A stretch of DNA of 63,334 bases, counting the filler. It is 8 parts of 8 records of this genome, joined end to end, with 100 filler letters (N's around TTAATTAATTAA, not from the genome) between each part and the next. Parts side by side here need not be neighbours in the genome. Positions count along the whole stretch, not along the records: positions 51,840 to 57,947 come from DRR723986_29806; positions 58,048 to 63,334 come from DRR723986_29924; 6 more parts are not named here. One strand, written 5' to 3'. A program made the translations under genes and the position numbers. This document shows positions 54,416 to 63,334 of the stretch, one piece after another (the stretch's first letter is position 1; every line of letters starts with the position of its first letter). Below the pieces are notes generated by a model. The model saw only the letters and a program-made list of their open reading frames with translations, was not told the DNA's origin and did no database searches.

Positions 54416-57091
54416 CTATACAATATCGAACCAGTCGAGACCGATCAGGGGACCCGTGGCAAGATCCGCTGCCGCATCCCCCACATCGACCACCAACAGT
54501 GCACTTCCGTCCGGACTCATCAACCTGAGCAGATCGCCATCCACCTGCATCGAGAGCACGCTTGTGGAGACACCGGAAGCCAGGTGAAGAACGATCGTGT
54601 CGCCCTCGCCGGTATTGAAGTCGGTGATTTCCTGAGGTGAGGCACCCGGGCTGAGAAAATGGAACTCGTCTGCGCCGCTTCCCCCTGTCAGGATGTCATG
54701 GCCCCCGCCGCCTTCCAAGACGTCGTTGCCATCTCCTCCGAACAGGCTGTCGTCTTCGGTCGTTCCCCACAGGGTGTCGTTGCCATCCTGACCATGAAGC
54801 TCGAGCCCCGAACCCCCATTGGAAAACCGGGTAGATGTCATATCGAGGATGTCGTCGCCAGCGCCGGCAAGAATACGTTCTATATCGTTGATACGAGAGA
54901 CTGGCGCAGTGCCGACTGCAGAATTGAAGGTGCTGAGGACGTCGTCGAGAAAATAGGCGTCGTTGCCGCTCCCCAGGCGGACGCTGTCGAAAGCATCGCC
55001 GCCGTAAGTGACCGCGCTGTATCGGCTGAAGCCATCGATGGAAACGCTCCAGGCCGCAAGTCCGTCCTGCCCGCTGTGAACATGGAGGGCGCGATAATCG
55101 CTTGAAAAGGTGGCCGTGGACGACAAATCAAGCCAGTCATTGTCGGCTCCACCATAAAGTGCGTCCGTACCGCCCGAGGATTGAAGCGTATCGGCCCCCG
55201 CCCCGCCGTAAAGAACATCATCGCCGGGGCCATCGATCAACTCGTCGTCGCCATCGCCGCCGCGCATGGTGTCGTTGCCCCAGCCCCCCTTGAGCTTGTC
55301 GTCATCCTCGCCGCCATTCAGGTAGTCGTTGCCACCGCGGCCCAGCAGGACGTCTCTTCCCGTACCCCCGATCAGCGCATCCGTGGCATCTGTTCCGTCC
55401 TGCCTGACGGGATTGTCGATCACGATGCGCACGACGTCGAAGGGCATCAGATCGAAGGACAGCGTTGCGTCGCCGTCTGCAGCCTTGATGGATTGGATAA
55501 GCGGATCGACGTCGATCTCGCTGGTGAAGTAGTAATCTTCGATCCCTGTCGGCCGCGAGACCAGCGGGATGATCGTATCGAAGGGCGGCAGATAGGTCAG
55601 GATCTGATCGCCGGAGTAGCGGACATGATTGGGATTGTCCGGGTCAAAGAATGCCAGCGTCTCGAGTTGCGCCAGCTCGTCTGCGGTGATGGGACGGCGC
55701 CCGACACGACCACTCCCGTCCGAACCGGCAAAGTCGCTCAGGCCATCGGAACTGGTCGGATCGATTGTCAGTCGGTCAATCGTCAGAACAGAGTCGCTGT
55801 CGACGAGACTTCCGAGGTCGAGATCGACGCCCGACGGACTGTTCGACCTCAAGGATACGAAAAGCACGTCCTGATAGCCGCTGGTAAAGTGATTGACTTC
55901 GACACTGCCGTCGCCACCGGACCAATCCGAAAGGACACTCTGGAATTCATCCACCCGACCGGTCTCGCTGTCCCTCGGTCGCAGGCTCTCTGACAACATC
56001 GAGAACGCCGCGCCGCTCATGGTGTATTCAAGATCCTCGGCGTTGCGATTGCCCATGATGTTGTTGGGCGTGCGGTGCTGAAGCGGCCAGATATGCGCAT
56101 CATCGACACCCATCCGCACCATGAACTCGAACATCTCCATCAGGACCGAGGCACTGGCAGCGCCATGCTGCGTATCGTTCCCCGCCACCACGTTCCATTC
56201 GGTGACGAACAGTTCGACATCCCGGCCGAGGTGTTCCTGGAAGTTCTGGAAGCGCAGGTCGATCATGCGGACCTCGCGCCAGTCTGCGGCATCCGTGAAG
56301 CGCAGCCCGTCATCGCGGGTCACGTTGTAATAGTAATGCACCACCGCCCCATCCACCGCGGCCAGGGCACGCGGATTCAACAAGGAGAGAATGGCCTCGT
56401 TCGCGGCATCGAAGTTCCCGGCGTCGTCACCTCCCTTGTAGGTGCTGGCTGCGCCGTTGGTTTCGGCCATCTGCAGCAGGATCCGCGGGTCCGGCGCGGC
56501 AGATCCCATCGATGTCGCCAAGCGATCAAGGGCGTTCTGCGTCGCGTTGATCACGCGGTTCGCGGCAATGCTGTATTCCACTTCGTTCATCGCGGCGATG
56601 AAGCTGCTGTCCTCGATATATTCGGGGTGAACCGAACGATCGGCGTCATCGACCCTTGTCCCAATCGAGTATTCGTTCCCGATTTCGAAGGCCACGATCA
56701 GGTCGCCATACTGAGACAAAAGCTCATGGACGAGTGCCTCTATCCGGTGCGCAGGAATATCCGACTTTGTCGGAAGGACAAAGGTTACCTGATATTTCTG
56801 ATCTGCGGTTGAGTTCTCCACGCACCAATCAAGGAAGGCGGTTATCTCCGGGCGCAGGCGCCCACCCGGCATGTTCGTCACATCGAGCGTGTTCTCGACA
56901 TGACCTCCGGGATATCGCAAGCTGTTGATTTGATGCGTCTGGATTGCTTCCTGAAATCCCTCTGAGGGACTGTAATCGACGCCATCGTCGGACAGGTTGA
57001 TGTTGTGCAGAGCGTTCGCTCCGAACTGGTCGTCGCTAACGTATTGCCCGGTCTCTGACGAAGATACGTACTGTAAACTGCGTCTTGGCAT
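54416..57091 (-). CDS. Type I secretion target: clan GH-A-like glycoside hydrolase domain plus RTX repeats
   Basis: LRYPGG, FEIGNEY, HYY, FVTEWN motifs; C-terminal GGxGxD repeats and ITDFN tail; no signal peptide. Confidence 0.8.
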   Translation of the reverse strand: MPRRSLQYVSSSETGQYVSDDQFGANALHNINLSDDGVDYSPSEGFQEAIQTHQINSLRYPGGHVENTLDVTNMPGGRLRPEITAFLDWCVENSTADQKYQVTFVLPTKSDIPAHRIEALVHELLSQYGDLIVAFEIGNEYSIGTRVDDADRSVHPEYIEDSSFIAAMNEVEYSIAANRVINATQNALDRLATSMGSAAPDPRILLQMAETNGAASTYKGGDDAGNFDAANEAILSLLNPRALAAVDGAVVHYYYNVTRDDGLRFTDAADWREVRMIDLRFQNFQEHLGRDVELFVTEWNVVAGNDTQHGAASASVLMEMFEFMVRMGVDDAHIWPLQHRTPNNIMGNRNAEDLEYTMSGAAFSMLSESLRPRDSETGRVDEFQSVLSDWSGGDGSVEVNHFTSGYQDVLFVSLRSNSPSGVDLDLGSLVDSDSVLTIDRLTIDPTSSDGLSDFAGSDGSGRVGRRPITADELAQLETLAFFDPDNPNHVRYSGDQILTYLPPFDTIIPLVSRPTGIEDYYFTSEIDVDPLIQSIKAADGDATLSFDLMPFDVVRIVIDNPVRQDGTDATDALIGGTGRDVLLGRGGNDYLNGGEDDDKLKGGWGNDTMRGGDGDDELIDGPGDDVLYGGAGADTLQSSGGTDALYGGADNDWLDLSSTATFSSDYRALHVHSGQDGLAAWSVSIDGFSRYSAVTYGGDAFDSVRLGSGNDAYFLDDVLSTFNSAVGTAPVSRINDIERILAGAGDDILDMTSTRFSNGGSGLELHGQDGNDTLWGTTEDDSLFGGDGNDVLEGGGGHDILTGGSGADEFHFLSPGASPQEITDFNTGEGDTIVLHLASGVSTSVLSMQVDGDLLRLMSPDGSALLVVDVGDAAADLATGPLIGLDWFDIV

Positions 57092-57278
57092 ACCAAACCC
57101 CAGATTGCTCGGGTTTGGTTTTGCAGGTCCAGCTGTCTATGAGGCCGCCCAAAGTGCGGCCGCACTTTGGCTTTCAGCAACAAAGTGAGTCATATTAAGT
57201 CAAAGATACTCTAAGATCCTTAACCATTTTCGGCCCTTGATAATGAATTCTCAAGAGAGCCCCAAGGCCAAGCTGGCA

Positions 57279-57304
57279 CTTAACACTATTGGCAATTCTG
57301 TTAA
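57279..57304 (+). repeat. Putative tyrosine-recombinase core site, right copy
   Basis: C-TTAACACTA-TTGGCAA-TTCTGTTAA, about 100 bp upstream of the recombinase. Confidence 0.7.
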
Positions 57305-57402
57305 GCATGGCAGGCCATTGGGCCGGGCGGCCAGGCCCAGTCCGAGGGCAATCGGGCTTTTGTGTTTAACAGTTTTCGGGCAATCTGTTTGATATGCCGC
57401 AA

Positions 57403-57918
57403 ATGCGCCTCCATGACCCGGCCGGAAACCGGCTCTACCTCAACGCTGAGGAACGCGCGGCCTTCATCGCCGCGGCCCGGCGTCAGCCGGCCCGGGACCG
57501 AACGCTCTGCGAGACCCTGCATTGGACTGGCTGCCGGCCCTCGGAGCTCCTCGAGATCACCCCGGCGCGCATCGATCTTTCCGTTGGCAGCATCACGATC
57601 CGCAGCCTGAAGAAACGCAAGGACACACAGGGTCGGCAAAAGGTCGTGTACCGGTCCGTGCCGGTCCCGACCGAGTTTCTGGATACACTGAACACCGCAC
57701 ACGGCATCCGGGAAGCGCAGAGGTCTCGCAAGCAGGCCGCAACGCTGATCTGGCCGCTCAGCCGCGTGCGGGTGTGGCAGATAGTGAAGAAGATCATGAT
57801 CGAGGCCGGCATCCCCGACGCACCGCATCGCTCGCCCAAGGGCTTGCGTCATGGGTTTGGGGTGCATGCCACCGTGCAAGGCGTGCCATTGCACATGTTG
57901 CAGCGCTGGCTCGGTCAT
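57403..57918 (+). CDS. Tyrosine recombinase/integrase, C-terminus missing or disrupted
   Basis: TGCRPSE, SLKK, KGLRHGFG, WLGH; no catalytic Tyr follows within the contig. Confidence 0.88.
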
Positions 57919-57947
57919 GTACCGACCCAGCGGAATCTGCTCAGGTT
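57918..57947. mobile_element. Possible IS terminal inverted repeat (IS3-like 5'-TG end)
   Basis: TGTACCGACCCAGCGGAATCTG begins where integrase similarity stops; contig ends 30 bp later. Confidence 0.4.
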
Positions 57948-58047
57948 NNNNNNNNNNNNNNNNNNNNNNNNNNNNNNNNNNNNNNNNNNNNTTAATTAAT
58001 TAANNNNNNNNNNNNNNNNNNNNNNNNNNNNNNNNNNNNNNNNNNNN

Positions 58048-58084
58048 CCAAACCAGATGCGCTACCAGACTGCGCTATGCCCCG
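58048..58084 (-). tRNA. tRNA-Pro(TGG), 5' half, truncated by contig edge
   Basis: Reverse complement CGGGGCATAGCGCAGTCTGGTAGCGCATCTGGTTTGG. Confidence 0.88.
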
Positions 58085-58111
58085 ACAAAGAAGCGGAATT
58101 TTATGTTGATT

Positions 58112-59020
58112 TCAGGGTTTCGTCAAGGCTTTACACAGTGGCACATCAAATTGGCCGCTGCGTTGAAGCGGCTCGGGCCATTTGCCCTCTGGAACACCAA
58201 GTCTGCGCGATTCCTGCACCCCCAGCTCGCCTGCTCGCTCCAACCATGTTTTAACCATACGAAACTCAAAAGGTGACCCGTAACGGATCACGGGGCTACC
58301 ATCTGTGTAAACAAACTGGCGATGATCCTCCGAAAATGCCTCGCGATGGTGAGCCTTGCTTTGTCGCTGTGCAAGTTGATCAAAAAAGCCGTTGGCGTTG
58401 TAAGCCATGCCAGTTAATTGTTCACAAGACGATGGTGATGGAGGTACTGCAAACTGAGTCTGGCGAGAAAACGGCTTTTCCAACCACCTTGCCATGCCTT
58501 CAGTAAACCATTTTGTCTTGAAAGGTGAGTAGCCATACTGATACAGGTGAAATAGCTCGTGCGCCGGGGTGGTGCTGAATCGCGGATCGACCTGCGAACC
58601 AATCTTTATTTTTAGTGTGAGCGCCGTGGAGGACTGGCCTTCATACCAATTGGGTTTGGTAGGTTCATCAAAGGCAAGGCCTGTGCCCTGGTCGAAGTGT
58701 TGAATATGCACTTCGATTCCATCGCTCTGGCTATATCTTGGATGTTTCAGAGGCGCAATCAACTCAAGCTGGGTTTGATAAAACCAATCTGCCGCTTTGA
58801 GCTGAATCAGAATGTCGTCCACTCGATCGGGAACCCCATTACCATTCTGATCCTCTGCAGGAACGGCATGTTTGCCTTCGGTGGTGTAAAAAACCCTGAA
58901 TACACCTTCCGACGCCGTGTGTGTGTATAGTGCTTTTGGGTGAGGCTTGGCCCATGCATCGTTTGCAAGGATTAAAACAACAGTCAATACAAACAAGTAT
59001 GTAAGCCATTCCAGCTTCAT
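58112..59020 (-). CDS. Secreted zinc metallopeptidase-like protein (gluzincin motif)
   Basis: Signal peptide from MKLEW; AHELFHLYQY plus WFTEGMA; DQNGNGVPD calcium loop. Confidence 0.7.
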   Translation of the reverse strand: MKLEWLTYLFVLTVVLILANDAWAKPHPKALYTHTASEGVFRVFYTTEGKHAVPAEDQNGNGVPDRVDDILIQLKAADWFYQTQLELIAPLKHPRYSQSDGIEVHIQHFDQGTGLAFDEPTKPNWYEGQSSTALTLKIKIGSQVDPRFSTTPAHELFHLYQYGYSPFKTKWFTEGMARWLEKPFSRQTQFAVPPSPSSCEQLTGMAYNANGFFDQLAQRQSKAHHREAFSEDHRQFVYTDGSPVIRYGSPFEFRMVKTWLERAGELGVQESRRLGVPEGKWPEPLQRSGQFDVPLCKALTKP

Positions 59021-59101
59021 TACACTGAAAAACCGGCTCAGCAAATATCGACCTTCACCTTTGATTTGCATGATTTTTATCAAAACCTGACTAAAAACAT
59101 T

Positions 59102-59974
59102 ATGTTCCTGGACTTCATTGAAATTGGCACTTCCGACTTCAACACCCTGATTCAGGCGGCAGGCCCCGATACGCACGGTCTGTCCATTGACCCAATATCA
59201 CTTTACCTTGATCGCCTGCCGAATCGCCCAGGTTGCAAAAAAATCAATGCGGCCATTTCCAATTTTGAAGGCACCGTGGAGGTTTACTTTATCCCCCCTC
59301 AAGTGATTGCAAAGCACCGTCTACCCAATTGGCTCAGGGGTTGCAATTCCATTGGTGCACCTCACCCAACAGTCTCCAAACAGCTTGAGAAAATGGATAT
59401 CGACCCCGAATTGGTCCTGGTTCGTCAGCCAGTACCTTGTCACCGACTCCAAACAGTACTGCACCAACACGACGTGCAGGGAGTATTTATGCTGAAAGTA
59501 GACACTGAGGGGCATGACGCGGTGATATTGAACGACTTTTTCGACGACGCCACACCTCAACAATGGCCGCATCAAATTGTTTTTGAATCCAACAAATTAT
59601 CAGACAGCGAAACCATTCATCGACTGATCGCAAAGCTGATTTTGATGGGTTACGACATTGTGTCTTGCGAAACCGGTGGCGGCGCCAGCGATACACATCT
59701 CAGGTTGAACCTCAACCGCTTGAAGGGCGAGCGCACCACTATCCAAACCGCGAAAGGATACTACTTGGAGGGTTACCCGAAAAACTACTCCCCGCTCAAC
59801 TTACCCCACGAGAATAATCTGGATTCAGCACTTGAATACGCACACCGACAGCAAGCAGCTGGCGTCACCTTTCAATATGGTCGGTACGAGGTTAGGCAAG
59901 GGCGCTACTTGCACCACTCTGTCAAAGACCTGAAGGTGCAAAGCTGGATGAGACTTCCCGAAACCTCACCATAG
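59102..59974 (+). CDS. FkbM family methyltransferase-like protein
   Basis: DFIEIG, INAAIS, LKVDTEGHD, IVFE motifs. Confidence 0.7.
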   Translation: MFLDFIEIGTSDFNTLIQAAGPDTHGLSIDPISLYLDRLPNRPGCKKINAAISNFEGTVEVYFIPPQVIAKHRLPNWLRGCNSIGAPHPTVSKQLEKMDIDPELVLVRQPVPCHRLQTVLHQHDVQGVFMLKVDTEGHDAVILNDFFDDATPQQWPHQIVFESNKLSDSETIHRLIAKLILMGYDIVSCETGGGASDTHLRLNLNRLKGERTTIQTAKGYYLEGYPKNYSPLNLPHENNLDSALEYAHRQQAAGVTFQYGRYEVRQGRYLHHSVKDLKVQSWMRLPETSP

Positions 59975-59983
59975 CTGCGGCAC

Positions 59984-61327
59984 TCAGGCCTTGGGCAAGG
60001 CCGCAAGAATAGAATCGACCAATCGATTGGCCGTGGATTTGTCTGCTGTCTCCACCATGACGCGCAACACTGGTTCGGTGCCGGAAGGGCGAATCAACAA
60101 CCGACCATTGCTGCCCAACTCCGCCTTCACAGCCTCGCACACGCCCTGCACTTTCACATCGTTGGCCCAGTCGTAACCCACGGGCAAGCGAGCGTTTTTA
60201 AGTACCTGTGGCAGCATGGCCACTGGCTTTAAAATATCGGCCAAAGGCATACCCAAATTTCGCACCGCACGCAGCACTTGCAGGGCACTCACAATACCGT
60301 CACCCGTGGAATGTCGGTCAAGAACCAGCAAGTGGCCTGAACTTTCGCCACCCAACTGCCAGCCGTTGGCCTGCAGTTTTTCAAACACATAGCGGTCGCC
60401 CACCTTGGCGCGCTCAAAGCCTACATTCAGTTGCTTCAAGGCCAGCTCAAGCCCCAGGTTACTCATCAACGTGCCTACCACACCATCCACCCTGCCCTGC
60501 ATGTGCAAGCGCTCGGCAACCAGTGCAAACAACAACTCGTCACCGTTGTAAATTCGACCACTGCCGTCCACGCATATCAACCGGTCCGCATCGCCATCCA
60601 ATGCGAAACCATAATCAGCCTTGTGTTCAAACACAGCCCTGGCGACAAAATCAGGGTAAGTGGCACCCACACCGCGGTTGATGTTCAAACCATCGGGCTG
60701 ATCAGCCAACACCACCACATCAGCACCCAGTTCGCGGAAAACCGCAGGGGCAATTTGGTAGGCAGCGCCATTGGCACAATCCACCACAATTTTTAGCCCG
60801 CGCAGGTGTTTGTCTCGGGGAAAAGTGCCCTTACAAAATTCAATATAGCGGCCTGCCGCGTCATTCAGGCGTTTGGCCTTACCCAACTCTTCAGATGATT
60901 TACAAGGCGCATTCAATGCCAGTTGCGCTTCAATTTCCATCTCCCATGCATCGGGCAATTTGGTGCCCTCGCCTGAGAAAAACTTGATGCCATTGTCCTG
61001 ATAAGGGTTGTGAGAGGCACTAATCACCACGCCTGCCGACATATTCAAAGCACGTGCCAAATAGGCCACACCTGCGGTGGGCATAGGCCCTACCATCACC
61101 ACATCCACACCCACCGACGTAAAGCCCGCCTCCAGACAGCTTTCCAGCAAATAGCCACTCACGCGGGTGTCTTTGCCAATCAGTACCCGTGGGCGCCTTC
61201 CATCACCTTCATGTTTGGCCAGCACCGTGCCCGCAGCTTGCCCCAAACGCAACACGAAGTCAGGAACCATGGGGTTTTGCCCCACTGTGCCTCGAATGCC
61301 ATCAGTACCGAAATATTGTCTGCTCAT
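59984..61327 (-). CDS. glmM: Phosphoglucosamine mutase
   Basis: [35 protein letters not shown]. Confidence 0.97.
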   Translation of the reverse strand: MSRQYFGTDGIRGTVGQNPMVPDFVLRLGQAAGTVLAKHEGDGRRPRVLIGKDTRVSGYLLESCLEAGFTSVGVDVVMVGPMPTAGVAYLARALNMSAGVVISASHNPYQDNGIKFFSGEGTKLPDAWEMEIEAQLALNAPCKSSEELGKAKRLNDAAGRYIEFCKGTFPRDKHLRGLKIVVDCANGAAYQIAPAVFRELGADVVVLADQPDGLNINRGVGATYPDFVARAVFEHKADYGFALDGDADRLICVDGSGRIYNGDELLFALVAERLHMQGRVDGVVGTLMSNLGLELALKQLNVGFERAKVGDRYVFEKLQANGWQLGGESSGHLLVLDRHSTGDGIVSALQVLRAVRNLGMPLADILKPVAMLPQVLKNARLPVGYDWANDVKVQGVCEAVKAELGSNGRLLIRPSGTEPVLRVMVETADKSTANRLVDSILAALPKA

Positions 61328-61354
61328 GGAATATCTGCAATAGGTGAATAGTGT

Positions 61355-62347
61355 TTATTGGTTTGATTTTACGGGAACTGTGGTGCGCCCAAGGTAATCA
61401 ATCCCGCTTAATTTACAAAAGCTTTCAAGATGCGCCGGGTTGTCTATCCCATACACCCCCAAATCAGCGCCTGGCGTGAACAAGGCATGGGTACGCTCGT
61501 TGGACCGTTGTTGCAACCAACCAAAAGCTGTGTGGCGCTTGGCCTCCATGTCGGGGTGCCAATGCTGCCCCTCAACCACTTTGCCCACCTCTTTGTACAA
61601 GTGATACAGCGGAATCAAATTGTGCCGAGGGTGAAACACCTGATAGCCCTTGGCATGCGCGCGCAAGGAAAGGCTTTGCTCTTCTCCCCGAAAATACAGA
61701 TAGGGGTCGTACGGCACCTGCTGGGTAAAATCGCCGGAGGTGAATAAAAAACACGCCCCCACATGAAAACCCGGCAAGTGGGTCGTGTCAGGCTGCTCAG
61801 CCCGCTTTCGCACCACCCGGAACTGCAACACAGCGCGCTCGGCGGTCAACAGACTGCCAGGGTCGCGTTCAATGAAAAATATCTCGTCAGATTTTGCAGG
61901 CTCATCCGCCACCGCCCTGCCTTGCGCATCAAATCGGAAACCTGGCGGGTAGGTGCTAACCAACGGCTTGGGGTGAATGGCTTGAAGCCGCAGCAGTTGT
62001 TGAATCAACAACTCATCCCAACCTTGATCAAACAAAGTGTGAGAATCAATTTGCAGCAAATAATCCTGGTCGTTGTACAGCGAAAACGCGATGGCACGCG
62101 CCCAACTAACCCCGCGGGAATCCACGGGTGACAAGCCCACATAATTGATATTTTTGCGCACAGGAAACTGTGTCAACCACTCAGGGTTTAAGTGCTCGGA
62201 TTGGTCGACCAAACCGACATGAATTCGCTGCGGATGGGCCGCCTTGGCAAACAATTGATGAATGGTCAAATAAAGGTGCGGTTCGCAATACGCAGCCACA
62301 CTGACGAAAATCGTGGGCAGTTTGGGCACGCTGGCAGCCTGCATCAT
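61355..62347 (-). CDS. GlcNAc transferase family protein (Skp1 GlcNAc-T/GT60-like)
   Basis: TIFVSVAAY, SRGVSWAR, LQIDSHTLF, STYP, VPYDP..YF.GEE. Confidence 0.8.
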   Translation of the reverse strand: MMQAASVPKLPTIFVSVAAYCEPHLYLTIHQLFAKAAHPQRIHVGLVDQSEHLNPEWLTQFPVRKNINYVGLSPVDSRGVSWARAIAFSLYNDQDYLLQIDSHTLFDQGWDELLIQQLLRLQAIHPKPLVSTYPPGFRFDAQGRAVADEPAKSDEIFFIERDPGSLLTAERAVLQFRVVRKRAEQPDTTHLPGFHVGACFLFTSGDFTQQVPYDPYLYFRGEEQSLSLRAHAKGYQVFHPRHNLIPLYHLYKEVGKVVEGQHWHPDMEAKRHTAFGWLQQRSNERTHALFTPGADLGVYGIDNPAHLESFCKLSGIDYLGRTTVPVKSNQ

Positions 62348-63180
62348 TGACTCAAAGCGAAGGCCACTTTCAAGGCCTCCACAGTTTCACGCACATCGTG
62401 CACGCGCAGCACGGCTGCCCCGTGTTGCGCCGCGTAGGTTGCCGCAGCCACCGAGCCGGCCGTGCGCAAAGCCGGATCGGTTTGTCCAGTCAGCTCCGCA
62501 ATCATTCGCTTGCGCGACACTCCGACCAACACCCCAGCCCCCAAAGTAGAAAACAAGGGCGTTGCCCTTAGCAAATCAATATTGTGCTGCAGTGTTTTGC
62601 CAAAACCAAAGCCAGGGTCCACCAGAATCCGGTTTGCCTGCACACCCAACTGCTCCAGCGCCAGCATGCGTTGGTTCAGAAATGCCTCAACATCGTTGAC
62701 CACATGGTTGTACTGAGGCGAATTTTGCATGGTGCGCGGCTCACCTTGCATGTGCATCACTACCGCACCTGCATTCGATTGTGCAAGCACAGCTTCAGCG
62801 CCCGCATCCCTAAAACCATTCACGTCATTGAGAATGTCCACACCCAAATGTACCGCACACGCCATCACGTCGGTTTTCATGGTGTCGATCGACAAAGGCA
62901 CATTCCAGTTCATCAACTCTTTCAGAACGTCTGCGACGCGTGCCCATTCCTCATCAGCATCAACACCCTGAGCACCTGGCCGGGTAGACTCCCCACCAAT
63001 GTCCAGAATGTGTGCACCCTGCTCCACCAGCTTGCGGGCATGCTCAATGGCAAGCCGGGTTGAGTTGTGCTTGCCTCCGTCCGAAAATGAATCAGGCGTG
63101 ACATTCACGATACCCATAATCAAAGGCTTGCCGTGCGTGTAGGTAAGCTCGAAACGACCTGCTTTCCAAGTGCGAACCAT
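62344..63180 (-). CDS. folP: Dihydropteroate synthase
   Basis: MGIVNVTPDSFSDGG, GGESTRPG, DPGFGFGK, SRKR, RVHDV. Confidence 0.97.
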   Translation of the reverse strand: MVRTWKAGRFELTYTHGKPLIMGIVNVTPDSFSDGGKHNSTRLAIEHARKLVEQGAHILDIGGESTRPGAQGVDADEEWARVADVLKELMNWNVPLSIDTMKTDVMACAVHLGVDILNDVNGFRDAGAEAVLAQSNAGAVVMHMQGEPRTMQNSPQYNHVVNDVEAFLNQRMLALEQLGVQANRILVDPGFGFGKTLQHNIDLLRATPLFSTLGAGVLVGVSRKRMIAELTGQTDPALRTAGSVAAATYAAQHGAAVLRVHDVRETVEALKVAFALSQ

Positions 63181-63334
63181 GTGCTGCCTTGTGAGTTGCT
63201 GTGCTGGTATTTTACGGCATAGCAGCAGCTTAGTTCGCCTGCTGTACTCACAGCTTATCCGTTAGCCTAGCCCGCTCAGGTGCGCACCCGTTTGTCCAAG
63301 CTTGCTCAGGTGCATACCCTCTCTCGCCAGAAAA

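Noticed and set aside
57220-57227. TTAACCAT CtrA-like half-site upstream of the RTX hydrolase
   Set aside because: Single 8-mer without a properly spaced partner.
63274-63319. Possible CRISPR array
   Set aside because: Only two 16-bp repeats with a 14-bp spacer; no cas genes and no array elsewhere in the window.

Overview
The window is not one locus. It is eight unrelated contigs joined by N-runs that each carry the artificial linker TTAATTAATTAA. Host labels below are impressions from gene content and composition, not database results. (1) 1-11851, unknown diderm bacterium: DUF2330 protein, FN3+spondin lipoprotein, an AT-rich cluster of orphan genes, a dif-like site and ppx/gppA. (2) 11952-19326, Roseibium/Rhizobiales-like: sugar ABC transporter and catabolic genes. 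(3) 19427-32127, Limnobacter/Burkholderiales-like housekeeping: phoRB, ubiE-tim44-ubiJ-ubiB, cysM, mltB, deacetylase, carbonic anhydrase, etfB. (4) 32228-38686: Rrf2 regulator with an MMPL/RND, LolA-like and outer-membrane barrel operon. (5) 38787-45571, actinobacterial: leuS-comEA-comEC-holA. (6) 45672-51739, Roseobacter-like: TRAP/amidohydrolase/RpiR, Crp-DUF2892-persulfide dioxygenase, beta-galactosidase. (7) 51840-57947, Rhodobacteraceae accessory DNA: ung pseudogene, RTX proteins, tyrosine recombinase. (8) 58048-63334, Limnobacter-like: tRNA-Pro, glmM, a glycosyltransferase and folP. The most notable unannotated signals are: a 4.7-kb RTX/glycoside-hydrolase cassette bounded by two directly repeated 9-7-9 recombinase-type core sites next to a tyrosine recombinase; four TGTAAC-N7-GTTACA-type operators linking a Cys-rich Rrf2 sensor to the MMPL-LolA-barrel system; a dif site beside an orphan-gene cluster; and a palindromic repeat family shared by the starts of contigs 1 and 4.
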